DNA of 64,000 nucleotides from Alphaproteobacteria bacterium (GCA_965261645.1 CBDHDJ010000004.1:2040752-2104751); one strand, 5' to 3'; shown: positions 18,370 to 28,212, counted from the first letter of the stretch. The notes: generated by a model not told the origin, from the sequence alone. Translations and numbers: made by a program.

Positions 18370-20700
18370 TCAGGGCTTTGCGGCGCTTTGAATCGCGCGC
18401 CACACGCGTTCGGGCGTGGCCGGCATCTTGAGATGCGTGATACCGAGCTCGCCCAGCGCATCGAGGATGGCGTTGATGACCGCGGGCGGCGCTCCCACGG
18501 CGCCCGCCTCGCCCGCGCCCTTGACGCCGAGCGGGTTGGTGGTGCACGGGATCTCGTTCCACTTGATGGTCATCGCCGGCAGATCGTCGGCGCGTGGCAC
18601 GCTGTAGTCCATCAAGCTGCCGGTGAGCAACTGACCCGATTCCGCATCGTAGACTGTGTCCTCCATGACCGACTGGCCGATGCCCTGGACGACGCCGCCA
18701 TGAACCTGACCCGCGATCAGCAGTGGGTTGACCACCACGCCGAAATCATCGACGACAACGTAATCGACGAGCTCGCATGCCCCGGATTCGGGATCGATCT
18801 CGAGCTCGCAGATATGGCAGCCATTGGGATAGGTCGAGGCTTCCGGCGTGAACTCGGCCACGCCGGCAAGGGCATCGGATGGATTCCCGCCGTCCCGCCG
18901 CCGGGCTTCGCCGGCAATGTCGAAGAGGCTCAGCGAACGGTCGGTGCCGGCGACGGTGAATCGCCCCTCGGCGAACTCGAGATCTTGAGGCGCGACTTCG
19001 AGGCGCTCAGCCGCAAGGTCGCGACTCTTGGCGAGCAGATCATCGCTCGCCTGATCCACCGCCGGGCCAGCCGTCGCCATCGTGCGCGAGCCCCCGGTCA
19101 TGCTGCCGACGGTGATTTCTGCCGTGTCGCCCTGGCGCACGTTGATGCGTTCCATAGGTAGCTCGAGCCGCCCGGCGATAACCTGGGCGAGACAGGTTTC
19201 GTGGCCCTGGCCGGTCGCCTGGCCGCCGATCAACAGGGTCACCGTGTCGTCCTCCTCGGGTCGAATCACAGCCTCATCGCCGCCCATGTCGGGTCCGCCA
19301 CAGGCTTCAACATAGTAGGCCATGCCGATGCCGCGGAGCCGGTCCCGCCCCTTGGCTTCGTTACGTCGCGCCGAAAAGTCGTCCCAGCCGATCAACTCCA
19401 TGGCTCCATCCATGTTGCGTGCGAACTCGCCGCTGTCGTAGGTGACGTCGAGCGCCGTCGTATAAGGCATCGCATCGCTGGCGATGAAGTTGCGCCGGCG
19501 TAACTCGCAGGGATCAACGTCGAGCCGGCGCGCCGCCTCGTCGACCAGCCGCTCGGTGATATAGATCGCTTCGGCCGCACCGACGCCGCGATAGGCGTCC
19601 ACCGGTACGGTGTGCGTGAACACGCCTTTCACCGCGAAGTGGGCGGCCGGGATGGCATAAACGTTCGTGATGTGACCCGCAGCGACGAAGGTCGGCATCA
19701 TCCCGGCCGCGGTCGACAGATAGCCGCCCATATTGGCGTTGGTGTCTACTTTGAGGCCGAGAAAGTGCCCGTCCGCGTCGAGGGCCAGCGCCGCGTGGCT
19801 GGCATAGTCGCGACCCTGGGCATCGCCGGTGAACGATTGACTTCGGTCGCCGGTCCATTTGACTGGACGGCCGATTTTCCGGGACGCCCACATGGTGAGC
19901 GGATATTCGGGGTAGAGATAGCCCTTGGAGCCGAAGCTGCCACCGACATCCGGCGTGACGACGCGGATCTTCTCCGCCTCCACATGGAACACCTCGCCCG
20001 CGAGCATGTCGCGGAGAAAGTGGGCGCCCTGGGAGGTGGCATAGAGCGTGTAGCTCTCTTCTTTCGAATCGTAAAGGCCGATCGCCGCGCGCGGCTCGAT
20101 GGAGTTGGGCACCAGCCGGTTGTTGAAGAGATCAAGCTCCACGACATGGGCGGCACCGGCGAAAGCGTCCTCGGTGGCGGCGGCGTCTCCCAGCTCCCAA
20201 TCGAAGCTGGTGTTGTTGGGCTGGTCATCCCAAACCTGCGCGACGTCGGCCTGGGTGGCCTTGGCCGTGTCGATGACGACGGCGAGGGCCTCGTAACTCA
20301 CCTCGATCATCTCGGCGGCATCGCGAGCCTGTGCATAAGTGTCGGCCACGACAAACGCGACCGCGTCACCGACATGGCGGACGCGCTCGCGCGCCAGCAC
20401 CGAGTGGGGCGGCACGGTGTTTTCGCTGCCGTCGCGGTTGGCGACGAGACCGTAAGAGGGAAGAACGCCAACGCCGTCGGCATCCGCATCGGCTGCGGTG
20501 AGCACGCAAAGGACACCCGCGCAGGCTTGCGCGTCCTTAACGTCAATGCCGCGGAGCGCCGCATGGGCGTGGGGCGAGCGGAGGACATAGGCGTACGCTT
20601 GATCGGGCAAACTGATGTCGTCGGTATAGCGGCCCGTGCCGGTAAGAAATCGCCTATCCTCATTGCGCCTGACCGGTTGCCCGATACCGCATTTCTTCAT
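18370..20700 (-). CDS. Xanthine dehydrogenase/CoxL family molybdopterin-binding large subunit, tandem copy 3 (776 aa), with a variant active-site loop
   Basis: Hammerhead-type N-terminus GQPVRRNEDRRFLTGTGRYTDD and C-terminal NPLGVKGAGEAG. The loop reads AYRGVGAAE instead of AYRGAGRPE. A GAGGGAG RBS lies upstream. Confidence 0.8.
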   Translation of the reverse strand: MKKCGIGQPVRRNEDRRFLTGTGRYTDDISLPDQAYAYVLRSPHAHAALRGIDVKDAQACAGVLCVLTAADADADGVGVLPSYGLVANRDGSENTVPPHSVLARERVRHVGDAVAFVVADTYAQARDAAEMIEVSYEALAVVIDTAKATQADVAQVWDDQPNNTSFDWELGDAAATEDAFAGAAHVVELDLFNNRLVPNSIEPRAAIGLYDSKEESYTLYATSQGAHFLRDMLAGEVFHVEAEKIRVVTPDVGGSFGSKGYLYPEYPLTMWASRKIGRPVKWTGDRSQSFTGDAQGRDYASHAALALDADGHFLGLKVDTNANMGGYLSTAAGMMPTFVAAGHITNVYAIPAAHFAVKGVFTHTVPVDAYRGVGAAEAIYITERLVDEAARRLDVDPCELRRRNFIASDAMPYTTALDVTYDSGEFARNMDGAMELIGWDDFSARRNEAKGRDRLRGIGMAYYVEACGGPDMGGDEAVIRPEEDDTVTLLIGGQATGQGHETCLAQVIAGRLELPMERINVRQGDTAEITVGSMTGGSRTMATAGPAVDQASDDLLAKSRDLAAERLEVAPQDLEFAEGRFTVAGTDRSLSLFDIAGEARRRDGGNPSDALAGVAEFTPEASTYPNGCHICELEIDPESGACELVDYVVVDDFGVVVNPLLIAGQVHGGVVQGIGQSVMEDTVYDAESGQLLTGSLMDYSVPRADDLPAMTIKWNEIPCTTNPLGVKGAGEAGAVGAPPAVINAILDALGELGITHLKMPATPERVWRAIQSAAKP

Positions 20701-20733
20701 GCGCTCGCTCCCTCAATCGCGCCGCTCGGCGCG

Positions 20734-23058
20734 TCAGCCGCTGGTGCCGTGAATGGCCTGCCAAATGGTCTCGGGCGTGGCCGGCATGTCGATGTGGGTC
20801 ACGCCGAATTCGGACAATGCGTCCACGATCGCATTGATGATCGCCGGTGCCGCGCCCACCGTGCCGGCCTCGCCGGCGCCCTTGACGCCAAGCGGGTTGG
20901 TGGTGCACGGGATCTCGTTCCACTTGGTCGAGAGCGGCGGAAAATCCGACGCGCGCGGCATGCCGTAATCCATGAAGCTCCCGGTCAAAAGTTGGCCGGA
21001 CTCTTCGTCGTAGATGGCATCCTCCATCAGCGCCTGGCCGGCGCCTTGCGCGATGCCGCCATGGACCTGGCCGGCGATGAGCAAGGGGTTGATGACCTTG
21101 CCGAAATCATCGACCACCGTGTAGGCGACAAGCACGATCGCGCCAGTGTCCGGGTCGATCTCGACTTCAACGATGTGACAACCATTGGGGTAGGTCGGGG
21201 CCTCCGGCTGGTACTCGCCCGCACCCTTCAACCCGTTGGTTTCGCCGCTTCGTTCGCGCGCCGCGGCACCGACATCGAACAAGCTCTTCCAACGGTCGGT
21301 GCCCGCCACCGTAAACCGGCCGTCGGCGAATTCGATGTCGCTGCCCGACACCTCCAGGAGTTCGGCGGCGATAGCCCGACCGTTGTCAATGACGTCTTTC
21401 ACCGCCCTGGTGACGGCAGCGCCGCCTGCAACCATGGAGCGCGAGCCCCCTGTGCCGCCCCCCCGCGCGATTTCGGCCGTGTCACCCTGGCGCATGTTGA
21501 TCTGGTCGAACGGGACGCCGAGCCCTTCGGCCACGAGTTGAGCGAAGCAGGTCTCGTGGCCCTGTCCACTTGCCTGGGTGCCGATCAAGAGCGTCACGGT
21601 TTCGTCATCCTCGACGCGGAGGGTGGCGTTCTCCGGGCCGAGTGAGGGCGAGGCGCTGGCCTCGACGTAGTAGGCGATGCCGATGCCGCGCCGCTTGCCG
21701 CGCTGACGGGCGGCATCGCGACGCTTGTCAAACCCGCCCATGTCGGCGATGTCGCGCGCCTCGGCCATGTTGCGGCCGAACTCACCGCTGTCGTAGGTGC
21801 CGCCAAACGCCGTGGTGAAGGGCATGGCCTCGGGCGCGATGAAATTGCGCTGGCGCAGCTCGAGCGGATCGAAGCCGAGCTCCCGCGCCGCCTTGTCGAT
21901 CAGGCGCTCGATCAGATAGCTCGCCTCGGGCCGGCCGGCGCCGCGATACGCATCGACTGGAATGGTGTGGGTGAACACGCCCTTGACCACTTGATACGCC
22001 GCCGGAATCGCGTAGACCCCGCCTTGAACCCCCTTGCACGCATCCGTCGGCACGACCGTGGCGAAATTCGAGAGATACGAGCCCAGATTGGCGATCGTGC
22101 TGATGCGGTAGCCGAGAATCTTGCCCTCGGAATCAAAGGCGAGCTCAGCCGCCGTGACGTGGTCGCGGCCTTGGGCGTCGCTGATGAAGGACTGGCTTCG
22201 GTCGCCGGTCCATCTCACGGGTCGGCCAATCTTTTTTGACGCCCACAGAATCAGCGGATACTCGGCGTAAAGATAGAGCTTCATGCCGAAGCCGCCACCG
22301 ACATCAAGGGTCACGACGCGCACCTTCTCCCGCGGCACCTGCAGCACGCTCGTCGCGAGCATATTCTGAATGTAATGCACGCCCTGGGAGACGGTGTGGA
22401 TCGTGTAGCTCTCGTCGGCCGCGTCGTAGGCGCCGATCGCCGCGCGCGGCTCCATGGCGTTGGCGACAACCCGATTGTTGATGAGCTCGATCCCAACGAC
22501 ATGCGCCGCACCGGCAAACGCCTGGTCGGTCGCGTCTTTGTCGCCGGTCTCCCAGTCGAAACAGATGTTGTTCGCGGCATCGTCCCACACCAGCGGCGCG
22601 CCGGGCCCGATCGCCTTGGCGGTGTCGGTGATCGATGGCAGGGGCGCGTAATCGACCGCGATGAGCTCCGCCGCGTCGCGCGCCTGGTTAGCCGTCTCCG
22701 CGACCACCAATGCGACCTCATCACCGACGTGGCGCACCCGGTCCCGTACCAGCGGCCAATGAGGCGGCGCGTGAGACTTGCTGCCGTCGCGATTGTCGAG
22801 CTGAACAAAGGAGGGATTGCTTCCCAGGCCATCGGCTTCGGCGTCGGCGCCGGTGAGCACGCACAGCACGCCGGGCACCGCCTTCGCCGCACTGGTATCG
22901 ATGCCGCGGATCGCCGCGTGAGCGTGGGGTGAACGGAGGACAAAGGCATACGCCTGGTCCGGCAGGTTCAAGTCGTCGGTGTACTGGCCCTGCCCCGTGA
23001 GCAGGCGCTGGTCTTCCTTGCGCGTGACCGGCTGACCGGCACCGAACTTCATCACCAC
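20734..23058 (-). CDS. Xanthine dehydrogenase/CoxL family molybdopterin-binding large subunit, tandem copy 2 (774 aa)
   Basis: It shares the family motifs (AYRGAGRPE, NPLGVKGAGEAG). The gap to the next gene is 33 nt. Confidence 0.8.
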   Translation of the reverse strand: MVMKFGAGQPVTRKEDQRLLTGQGQYTDDLNLPDQAYAFVLRSPHAHAAIRGIDTSAAKAVPGVLCVLTGADAEADGLGSNPSFVQLDNRDGSKSHAPPHWPLVRDRVRHVGDEVALVVAETANQARDAAELIAVDYAPLPSITDTAKAIGPGAPLVWDDAANNICFDWETGDKDATDQAFAGAAHVVGIELINNRVVANAMEPRAAIGAYDAADESYTIHTVSQGVHYIQNMLATSVLQVPREKVRVVTLDVGGGFGMKLYLYAEYPLILWASKKIGRPVRWTGDRSQSFISDAQGRDHVTAAELAFDSEGKILGYRISTIANLGSYLSNFATVVPTDACKGVQGGVYAIPAAYQVVKGVFTHTIPVDAYRGAGRPEASYLIERLIDKAARELGFDPLELRQRNFIAPEAMPFTTAFGGTYDSGEFGRNMAEARDIADMGGFDKRRDAARQRGKRRGIGIAYYVEASASPSLGPENATLRVEDDETVTLLIGTQASGQGHETCFAQLVAEGLGVPFDQINMRQGDTAEIARGGGTGGSRSMVAGGAAVTRAVKDVIDNGRAIAAELLEVSGSDIEFADGRFTVAGTDRWKSLFDVGAAARERSGETNGLKGAGEYQPEAPTYPNGCHIVEVEIDPDTGAIVLVAYTVVDDFGKVINPLLIAGQVHGGIAQGAGQALMEDAIYDEESGQLLTGSFMDYGMPRASDFPPLSTKWNEIPCTTNPLGVKGAGEAGTVGAAPAIINAIVDALSEFGVTHIDMPATPETIWQAIHGTSG

Positions 23059-23147
23059 GTCGGATCCTCCCTGTACCTCACGGTGTCGCGCTGGGTGGCT
23101 CTTGCCCGTTCAGCCTATGATGACCGTGCGCCGTTGGCGGAACAATA

Positions 23148-25472
23148 TTAAATCCCCCTGGCGGCGTGGATGGCCGACCAGACGCGTTCGGGGGTGGCCG
23201 GCATGTCGATGTGGGTGATGCCGTACTCGGCGAGCGCGTTAACGATGGCGTTGATGACCGCCGGCGGCGCGCCGATGCTGCCGGCTTCGCCTGCGCCCTT
23301 GACGCCGAGCGGATTGGTGCGGCAGGGGATCTCGTTCCAGCTTACGTCCATCATGGGCAGATCGCTCGCCCGCGGCATGGCGTAATCCATGAAACTGCCG
23401 GTGAGGAGTTGACCCGTCTCCTCGTCGTAGACGGCGTTCTCGAGGAGCGCCTGGCCGATCCCCTGGGCGATGCCGCCATAGACCTGGCCGGCCGCCAACA
23501 GCGGGTTGATCACGGTGCCGAAGTTGTCGACGGCGGTAAAGGCAACGACTTCGAGCGCGCCTGTCTCGGGGTCGATTTCCACCTCGCAGACGTGGAAGCC
23601 GTTGGGGTAGGTCGAGGCCTCAGAGCTCGCCTGCGCCCGGCCTTCGAGGGGATCCGCACCGATCCCGCCGTGGCCCTCACGGGCGACGGCCGCGACGTCG
23701 AAGATGCCGACACCCCGGTCGGTTCCGGTGACGATGAATTGACCCTCGGCGAACTCGATGTCCGTGGCGGCGGCATCGAGCAGTTCGGCGGCGGTCGGCT
23801 TGGCCTTGTCGATCACGGTCTCGACCGCGGCGTTCACGGCGAGCCCGCCGATCACCATCGAACGCGAACCCAGGGCGCCGCCGCCGAGCGACGTTTCGCT
23901 GGTGTCGCCCTGGCGGACATGGATTTTCTCAAAGTCGATGCCGAGAGCATCCGTCAGCATCTGCGCATAGGACGTCTCATGACCCTGACCGTTGGCCTGC
24001 GTACCGATGAACAGCGTGACCGTCTCATCCTTCTCAAAGCGAATTGCGGCTTCCTCGGGTCGGAGGTAAGGACCAGCGCAGGTGTCGATATAGCCCGAGA
24101 TGCCAATGCCGCGAAGCCGGTCGCGCGTGCGCGCTTCCTCGCGCCGAGCGGGGAACTCGCTCCACCGGGCCGCGGCGAGACTATCGTCGAGGTTGCGGGC
24201 GAACTCGCCCGTGTCATAGGTCATGCCGAGCGCCGTGGTGTAGGGCATCGCCTCGGGCGAAATGAGGTTGCGCCGGCGGATTTCGGCGGGATCCAGACCG
24301 AGTTCCTGAGCCGCCAGATCGATCAACCGTTCGATGCGGTAGATCGCCTCGGGCCTTCCTGCGCCGCGGTAGGCATCGACCGGCACGGTATTGGTGAACA
24401 CGCCCTTCACCGCAACATACGCATCGGGGATCGCGTAGACGCTGGTCTGGATACCGCCATAAAAACTCTGCACCACCGTCGCCACGTTGGAGAGGTAGGC
24501 GCCCATGTTGGCGTAGGATTCCGAGCGCACGGCGAGGAAACGGCCATCATCGTCGAACGCAAGCTCGGCGTGGGTGACGTTGTCGCGGCCATGCGCATCG
24601 CTGATGAAGGACTGGCTGCGATCGGCGCACCATTTGACCGGCCGGCTTACTTTTTTGGCGGCCCACAGGGCCAGCGCCTGATCCTGATAGACATGGATCT
24701 TCGCGCCGAATCCACCGCCCACGTCGGGCGTGATCACCAGCATCTTCTCGGGCGGGACCTGAAAAATATCGTTCGCGAGAACGTCGCGGAAACGGTGGGA
24801 GGACTGGGTGCAGGTATAGATGGTGTAGCGCTCACCCGCGGCGTCGTGGAGCGCGAGCGCCGCGCGCGGCTCGATCGGGTTCGGCGCGACCCGGTTGTTG
24901 ACGAGATCGAGCTTGACGACGTGCGGCGCTGAAGCGAACACGGCATCGATCGCTTCGCGCTCGCCCTGCTCGACGAAAAAGCAGATATTGCCGGGGGCGT
25001 CGTCCCAGATTTGCGGGGTTCCCTCAGCCGCTGCCGTTGCAGTCGCCGCGGCGACTGGGAGGGGCCGGTAGTCGATGGCGATCAACTCTGCCGCATCGCG
25101 CGCCTGATCGAGCGTTTCGGCGACGACGAGCGCCACCGCATCGCCGACGTGATGAACCCGGCCCTTGGCCAGCATCGGATGCGGCGGGTAGGCGTTCTGG
25201 CTGCCGTCCACATTGTCGATGCGGTAGATGCACGGCACGTCACTGAGGCCGTCGGCCTCGACGTCGGCGCCGGTCAGAACGGCCAGCACGCCAGGCGCGG
25301 CCCCAGCCGTCCTCGTGTCAATCGCGCCGATCTCGGCATGCGCGTGCGGTGAGCGCAAGACGTAGGCGTAAACCTGACCGGGCACGTCTATGTCGTCGGT
25401 ATAGCGGCCCGCGCCAGTGAGAAAACGAGGATCTTCCGCCCGCCTCACCGGTTGGCCGATGCCGAACTTCAT
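23148..25472 (-). CDS. Xanthine dehydrogenase/CoxL family molybdopterin-binding large subunit, tandem copy 1 (774 aa)
   Basis: The start was moved to ATG 25472 (MKFGIGQPVRRAEDPRFLTG) by analogy with the two paralogs. The ORF-track start at 25757 overlaps the upstream RidA gene in another frame. Confidence 0.8.
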   Translation of the reverse strand: MKFGIGQPVRRAEDPRFLTGAGRYTDDIDVPGQVYAYVLRSPHAHAEIGAIDTRTAGAAPGVLAVLTGADVEADGLSDVPCIYRIDNVDGSQNAYPPHPMLAKGRVHHVGDAVALVVAETLDQARDAAELIAIDYRPLPVAAATATAAAEGTPQIWDDAPGNICFFVEQGEREAIDAVFASAPHVVKLDLVNNRVAPNPIEPRAALALHDAAGERYTIYTCTQSSHRFRDVLANDIFQVPPEKMLVITPDVGGGFGAKIHVYQDQALALWAAKKVSRPVKWCADRSQSFISDAHGRDNVTHAELAFDDDGRFLAVRSESYANMGAYLSNVATVVQSFYGGIQTSVYAIPDAYVAVKGVFTNTVPVDAYRGAGRPEAIYRIERLIDLAAQELGLDPAEIRRRNLISPEAMPYTTALGMTYDTGEFARNLDDSLAAARWSEFPARREEARTRDRLRGIGISGYIDTCAGPYLRPEEAAIRFEKDETVTLFIGTQANGQGHETSYAQMLTDALGIDFEKIHVRQGDTSETSLGGGALGSRSMVIGGLAVNAAVETVIDKAKPTAAELLDAAATDIEFAEGQFIVTGTDRGVGIFDVAAVAREGHGGIGADPLEGRAQASSEASTYPNGFHVCEVEIDPETGALEVVAFTAVDNFGTVINPLLAAGQVYGGIAQGIGQALLENAVYDEETGQLLTGSFMDYAMPRASDLPMMDVSWNEIPCRTNPLGVKGAGEAGSIGAPPAVINAIVNALAEYGITHIDMPATPERVWSAIHAARGI

Positions 25473-25510
25473 CGCAGCCCGTCTGTTGCCGGAGGAGAGG
25501 CGATCGCCCC

Positions 25511-26701
25511 CTAGCCTCCGCTGCCCGGCTTGTAGGCGATCGCGTCGATCTCGACGCGCATGCCCGGCAGGGCGAATTTCTGAATGCCGAGCACGTGGCT
25601 CGCCGGCTTGCCGCTGCCGAAATACTTCTGCCGCACCGGGTCGATCTTCTCCTGATCGTTGATGTCGAGGAGGTAGAAGTTGGCCTTGACGATATCGCCG
25701 AAGTCCATGTTTGCGGCTTTGAGGACCTCGCCGAGATTGCTGAGCGTCTGGTTGCACTGCGCCGCGATGTCGTCCCCGCCGACGAGCTCGAGATCACCGG
25801 TCCACGGGCCGGCGCCCGCCAGATGCAAAAAGTCACCGGCTTGCACAGCATCGGTGTAGTGGCTGATCGGCTCGTTCAGCTGGGGCAGGCGGATCTCCTT
25901 GCGCTTGGGCGCACTACCGCTCGGCTTGTAGCACGCCGCCTCGATCTCGACGTTAAGGTTTGGCACCGCGAGCTTGACCTCGAACAGCGTGCTCGCCGGC
26001 CGATGCTTGCCGAAGAACTCCTCGCGCACCGCGCTGACCTTCTGACGGTCGTCCACATTGGTGAGGTAGACGATGACCGACGAGATATCCTCGAAGTCCA
26101 TATCGATGGCGTTGAGCTTCCTCTTCATGTTGGAGAGCGTGACGCGGGTCTGCTCCGCGATGTCGTCGCCGCCGATGATGTTCCAGTCCTTGTCGTTGGC
26201 GACGGCGGCGAGCCAGGCGTAATCGCCGCATCTCACGATGTGGGTATAGTGGCTGAGCGGCGTCGCGAAGCCCGGCGGGACGATCTCCTCGCGCGCCGGC
26301 GCACCGCTCGTCGCCTTGTAGGCGAAGGCATCGACCTCGAGCTTCGCGCCCGGACGGGACAGCTCATTCACGCCGACCAGGGTGCTGGTCGAGCGCGGAT
26401 CACCGAAGAACTCCTGGCGCATCGGATTGATGGCCGGCCGGTCGTTGCAGTCGAGCAGCGAGACCTTGAAGTCGATGATGTCGCCGAAGCCCATGTCGTT
26501 GGCCTCCAGCGCCGTCTTGATGTTCTCGCAGGTTTGGCGGGCCTGGGCGGCGATGTCGCCCTCGCCGACGACATTGCCCTGGGCGTCATAGGGCCCGGCG
26601 CTCGCCAGGAAACAAAAATCACCGGCCGCGACCGCATGGGCCGAGTGGCCCGGCGGCGGGGCCAGCCCGTCAACGTTGATCTCGCGTCGTGGACCTGCCA
26701 T
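25511..26701 (-). CDS. Protein made of three fused RidA/YjgF/L-PSP (endoribonuclease L-PSP) domains, 396 aa
   Basis: It splits by eye into three ~130-aa units. Each has the RidA layout (..SHYT..GD..L.G......GDDIAAQ...L.N....L.A..M.F.DI.....YL.......R...F....PAST........G..VEI...AYKP.SG). Confidence 0.75.
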   Translation of the reverse strand: MAGPRREINVDGLAPPPGHSAHAVAAGDFCFLASAGPYDAQGNVVGEGDIAAQARQTCENIKTALEANDMGFGDIIDFKVSLLDCNDRPAINPMRQEFFGDPRSTSTLVGVNELSRPGAKLEVDAFAYKATSGAPAREEIVPPGFATPLSHYTHIVRCGDYAWLAAVANDKDWNIIGGDDIAEQTRVTLSNMKRKLNAIDMDFEDISSVIVYLTNVDDRQKVSAVREEFFGKHRPASTLFEVKLAVPNLNVEIEAACYKPSGSAPKRKEIRLPQLNEPISHYTDAVQAGDFLHLAGAGPWTGDLELVGGDDIAAQCNQTLSNLGEVLKAANMDFGDIVKANFYLLDINDQEKIDPVRQKYFGSGKPASHVLGIQKFALPGMRVEIDAIAYKPGSGG

Positions 26702-26784
26702 GGAACTTCCCCCCTTGGTGATTCAAGTGTTGAACAGGCGCACCCCCCGGTTGCCGTGCTTTGGGGTGCGTAGCGGAGTCGGTC

Positions 26785-27981
26785 TTAGCCGCCGCTGCCT
26801 GGCTTGTAGGCGACCGCGTCGATCTCGATGCGCATGCCCTCGAGGGCGAACTCATCGATTGCGATGAGGGTGCTGGCGGGTCGGCTGTTGCCGAAATATT
26901 TCTCGCGTACGGGATTGATGATGGTGCGGTCGGCCACGTCGTCGAGATAGACGGTGACTTTGACCACGTCCTCGAAGCCCATGCTGGCGGCCGCGAGAAT
27001 CTCACCCAAGTTCGACAGCGTCTTGTCGCACTGCGCCGCGATATCGTCCCCGCCGACAAGCTCGAGATCGCCGGTCCACGGGCCGGCGCCCGACAGGAAC
27101 AGGAAATCGCCGCACTGCACGCCGTCGGTGTAATGGCTGATCGGCTCGTTGAGCTGTGCAAGGCGGATCTCCTTGCGTTTGGGACCGCCGCTCTTGGGCT
27201 TATAGGCGACCGATTCGATCTCGATATTCATGCCCGGCACCGCCAGCCGGGGGATACCGATCAGCGTGCTCGCGGGCCTGTGCTCGCCGAAAAATTCCTG
27301 GCGCAACTCGTTGACCGCGTGCCGGTCATGGACGTTGGGGAGAAAGACGATGACGCGGGCCACGTCCTCGAAGCCCATGTCGACCGATGCAAGCATCTTC
27401 CGCAGGTTCTCGAGCGCGACGCGAGCCTGCGCCCGAATATCGTCACCGCCGACGATGCCGCCGTCGGCATCGAACGGGCAGGCGCCGGCGAGAAACGCGA
27501 AATCGCCGCAATCGACGACGTCGGTATAATGGCTGAGTGGCGTGGGGAAGCCGTCGAGGCGCAGCTCCTTGCGCGGCGCTCCGCCATCGCTTGGCTTGTA
27601 GGCCATGCACTCCGCCTCGACCAACAGCTCGGGAAACGCGAGCGCGCTGCACTCGACAAGCGTGCTGGCCGGCCGGAAGTCGCCAAAATTCTTCTGCCGC
27701 GCCGGGTTGATCTTGGGCCGGTCGTCGGTGTTGGGAAGGAAGGCCTCGAAGTTGACGATATTCTCGAAACCCATGCCGGCGGCATCGAGAACCGCCTTGA
27801 TGTTCTTGTGCATCTGCTCCGACTGCGCGGCCGGATCGCCGACGCCGACGACGTTGTTTTCGCCATCGACCCCGACCTGTCCCGACAGGAACAGGAGATC
27901 GCCGCACAACACGCCGTCGGTGTAGTGGCTGATCGGCTCGCCCGCCGTGGCGATGCGAATCTCTTTCTTCGGAGCACCCAT
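26785..27981 (-). CDS. Protein made of three fused RidA/YjgF/L-PSP domains, 398 aa (paralog of 25511..26701)
   Basis: It has the same three-unit architecture. Unit 3 (PKRKEIRLAQLNEPISHYTDGVQCGDFLFLSGAGPWTGDLELVGGDDIAAQC...) is nearly identical to unit 3 of the neighbouring gene. Confidence 0.75.
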   Translation of the reverse strand: MGAPKKEIRIATAGEPISHYTDGVLCGDLLFLSGQVGVDGENNVVGVGDPAAQSEQMHKNIKAVLDAAGMGFENIVNFEAFLPNTDDRPKINPARQKNFGDFRPASTLVECSALAFPELLVEAECMAYKPSDGGAPRKELRLDGFPTPLSHYTDVVDCGDFAFLAGACPFDADGGIVGGDDIRAQARVALENLRKMLASVDMGFEDVARVIVFLPNVHDRHAVNELRQEFFGEHRPASTLIGIPRLAVPGMNIEIESVAYKPKSGGPKRKEIRLAQLNEPISHYTDGVQCGDFLFLSGAGPWTGDLELVGGDDIAAQCDKTLSNLGEILAAASMGFEDVVKVTVYLDDVADRTIINPVREKYFGNSRPASTLIAIDEFALEGMRIEIDAVAYKPGSGG

Positions 27982-28212
27982 GACATCCTCCCTGATGAGC
28001 GCATGATCTCAGCGTTCTGTGATTATGCGGCCATCCTAGCCGCGCGAAGGAGGCCCTGCAATAGGACGACAGCGGCCTCGACCAACGCCGTATGGCGCTC
28101 AGTGGTTGAAACCCGGGCTTGTTGTTAAACTGCTCTCATTCGATCCGGCGGTGTCCGTCCGCAGGCGCGTTTGAGCCTGCGAATCGGGGCTGCGGTCTGA
28201 CACAAGAGCGCA

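Noticed and set aside
19612-21645. A 677-aa ORF on the plus strand spanning two CoxL-like genes and their intergenic gap. Similar long antisense ORFs include 698..1519, 2118..3107, 4011..5078, 5487..6872, 23166..24932, 25595..26773, 26761..28128, 38460..39611, 40661..42043, 41701..43152, 53452..54435, 56575..57648 and 61025..62455.
   Set aside because: Each lies opposite a gene with strong family motifs. Their translations are Arg/Gly/Ala/Asp-rich with no recognisable domain, and one even crosses an intergenic region. These are typical shadow ORFs of GC-rich DNA.
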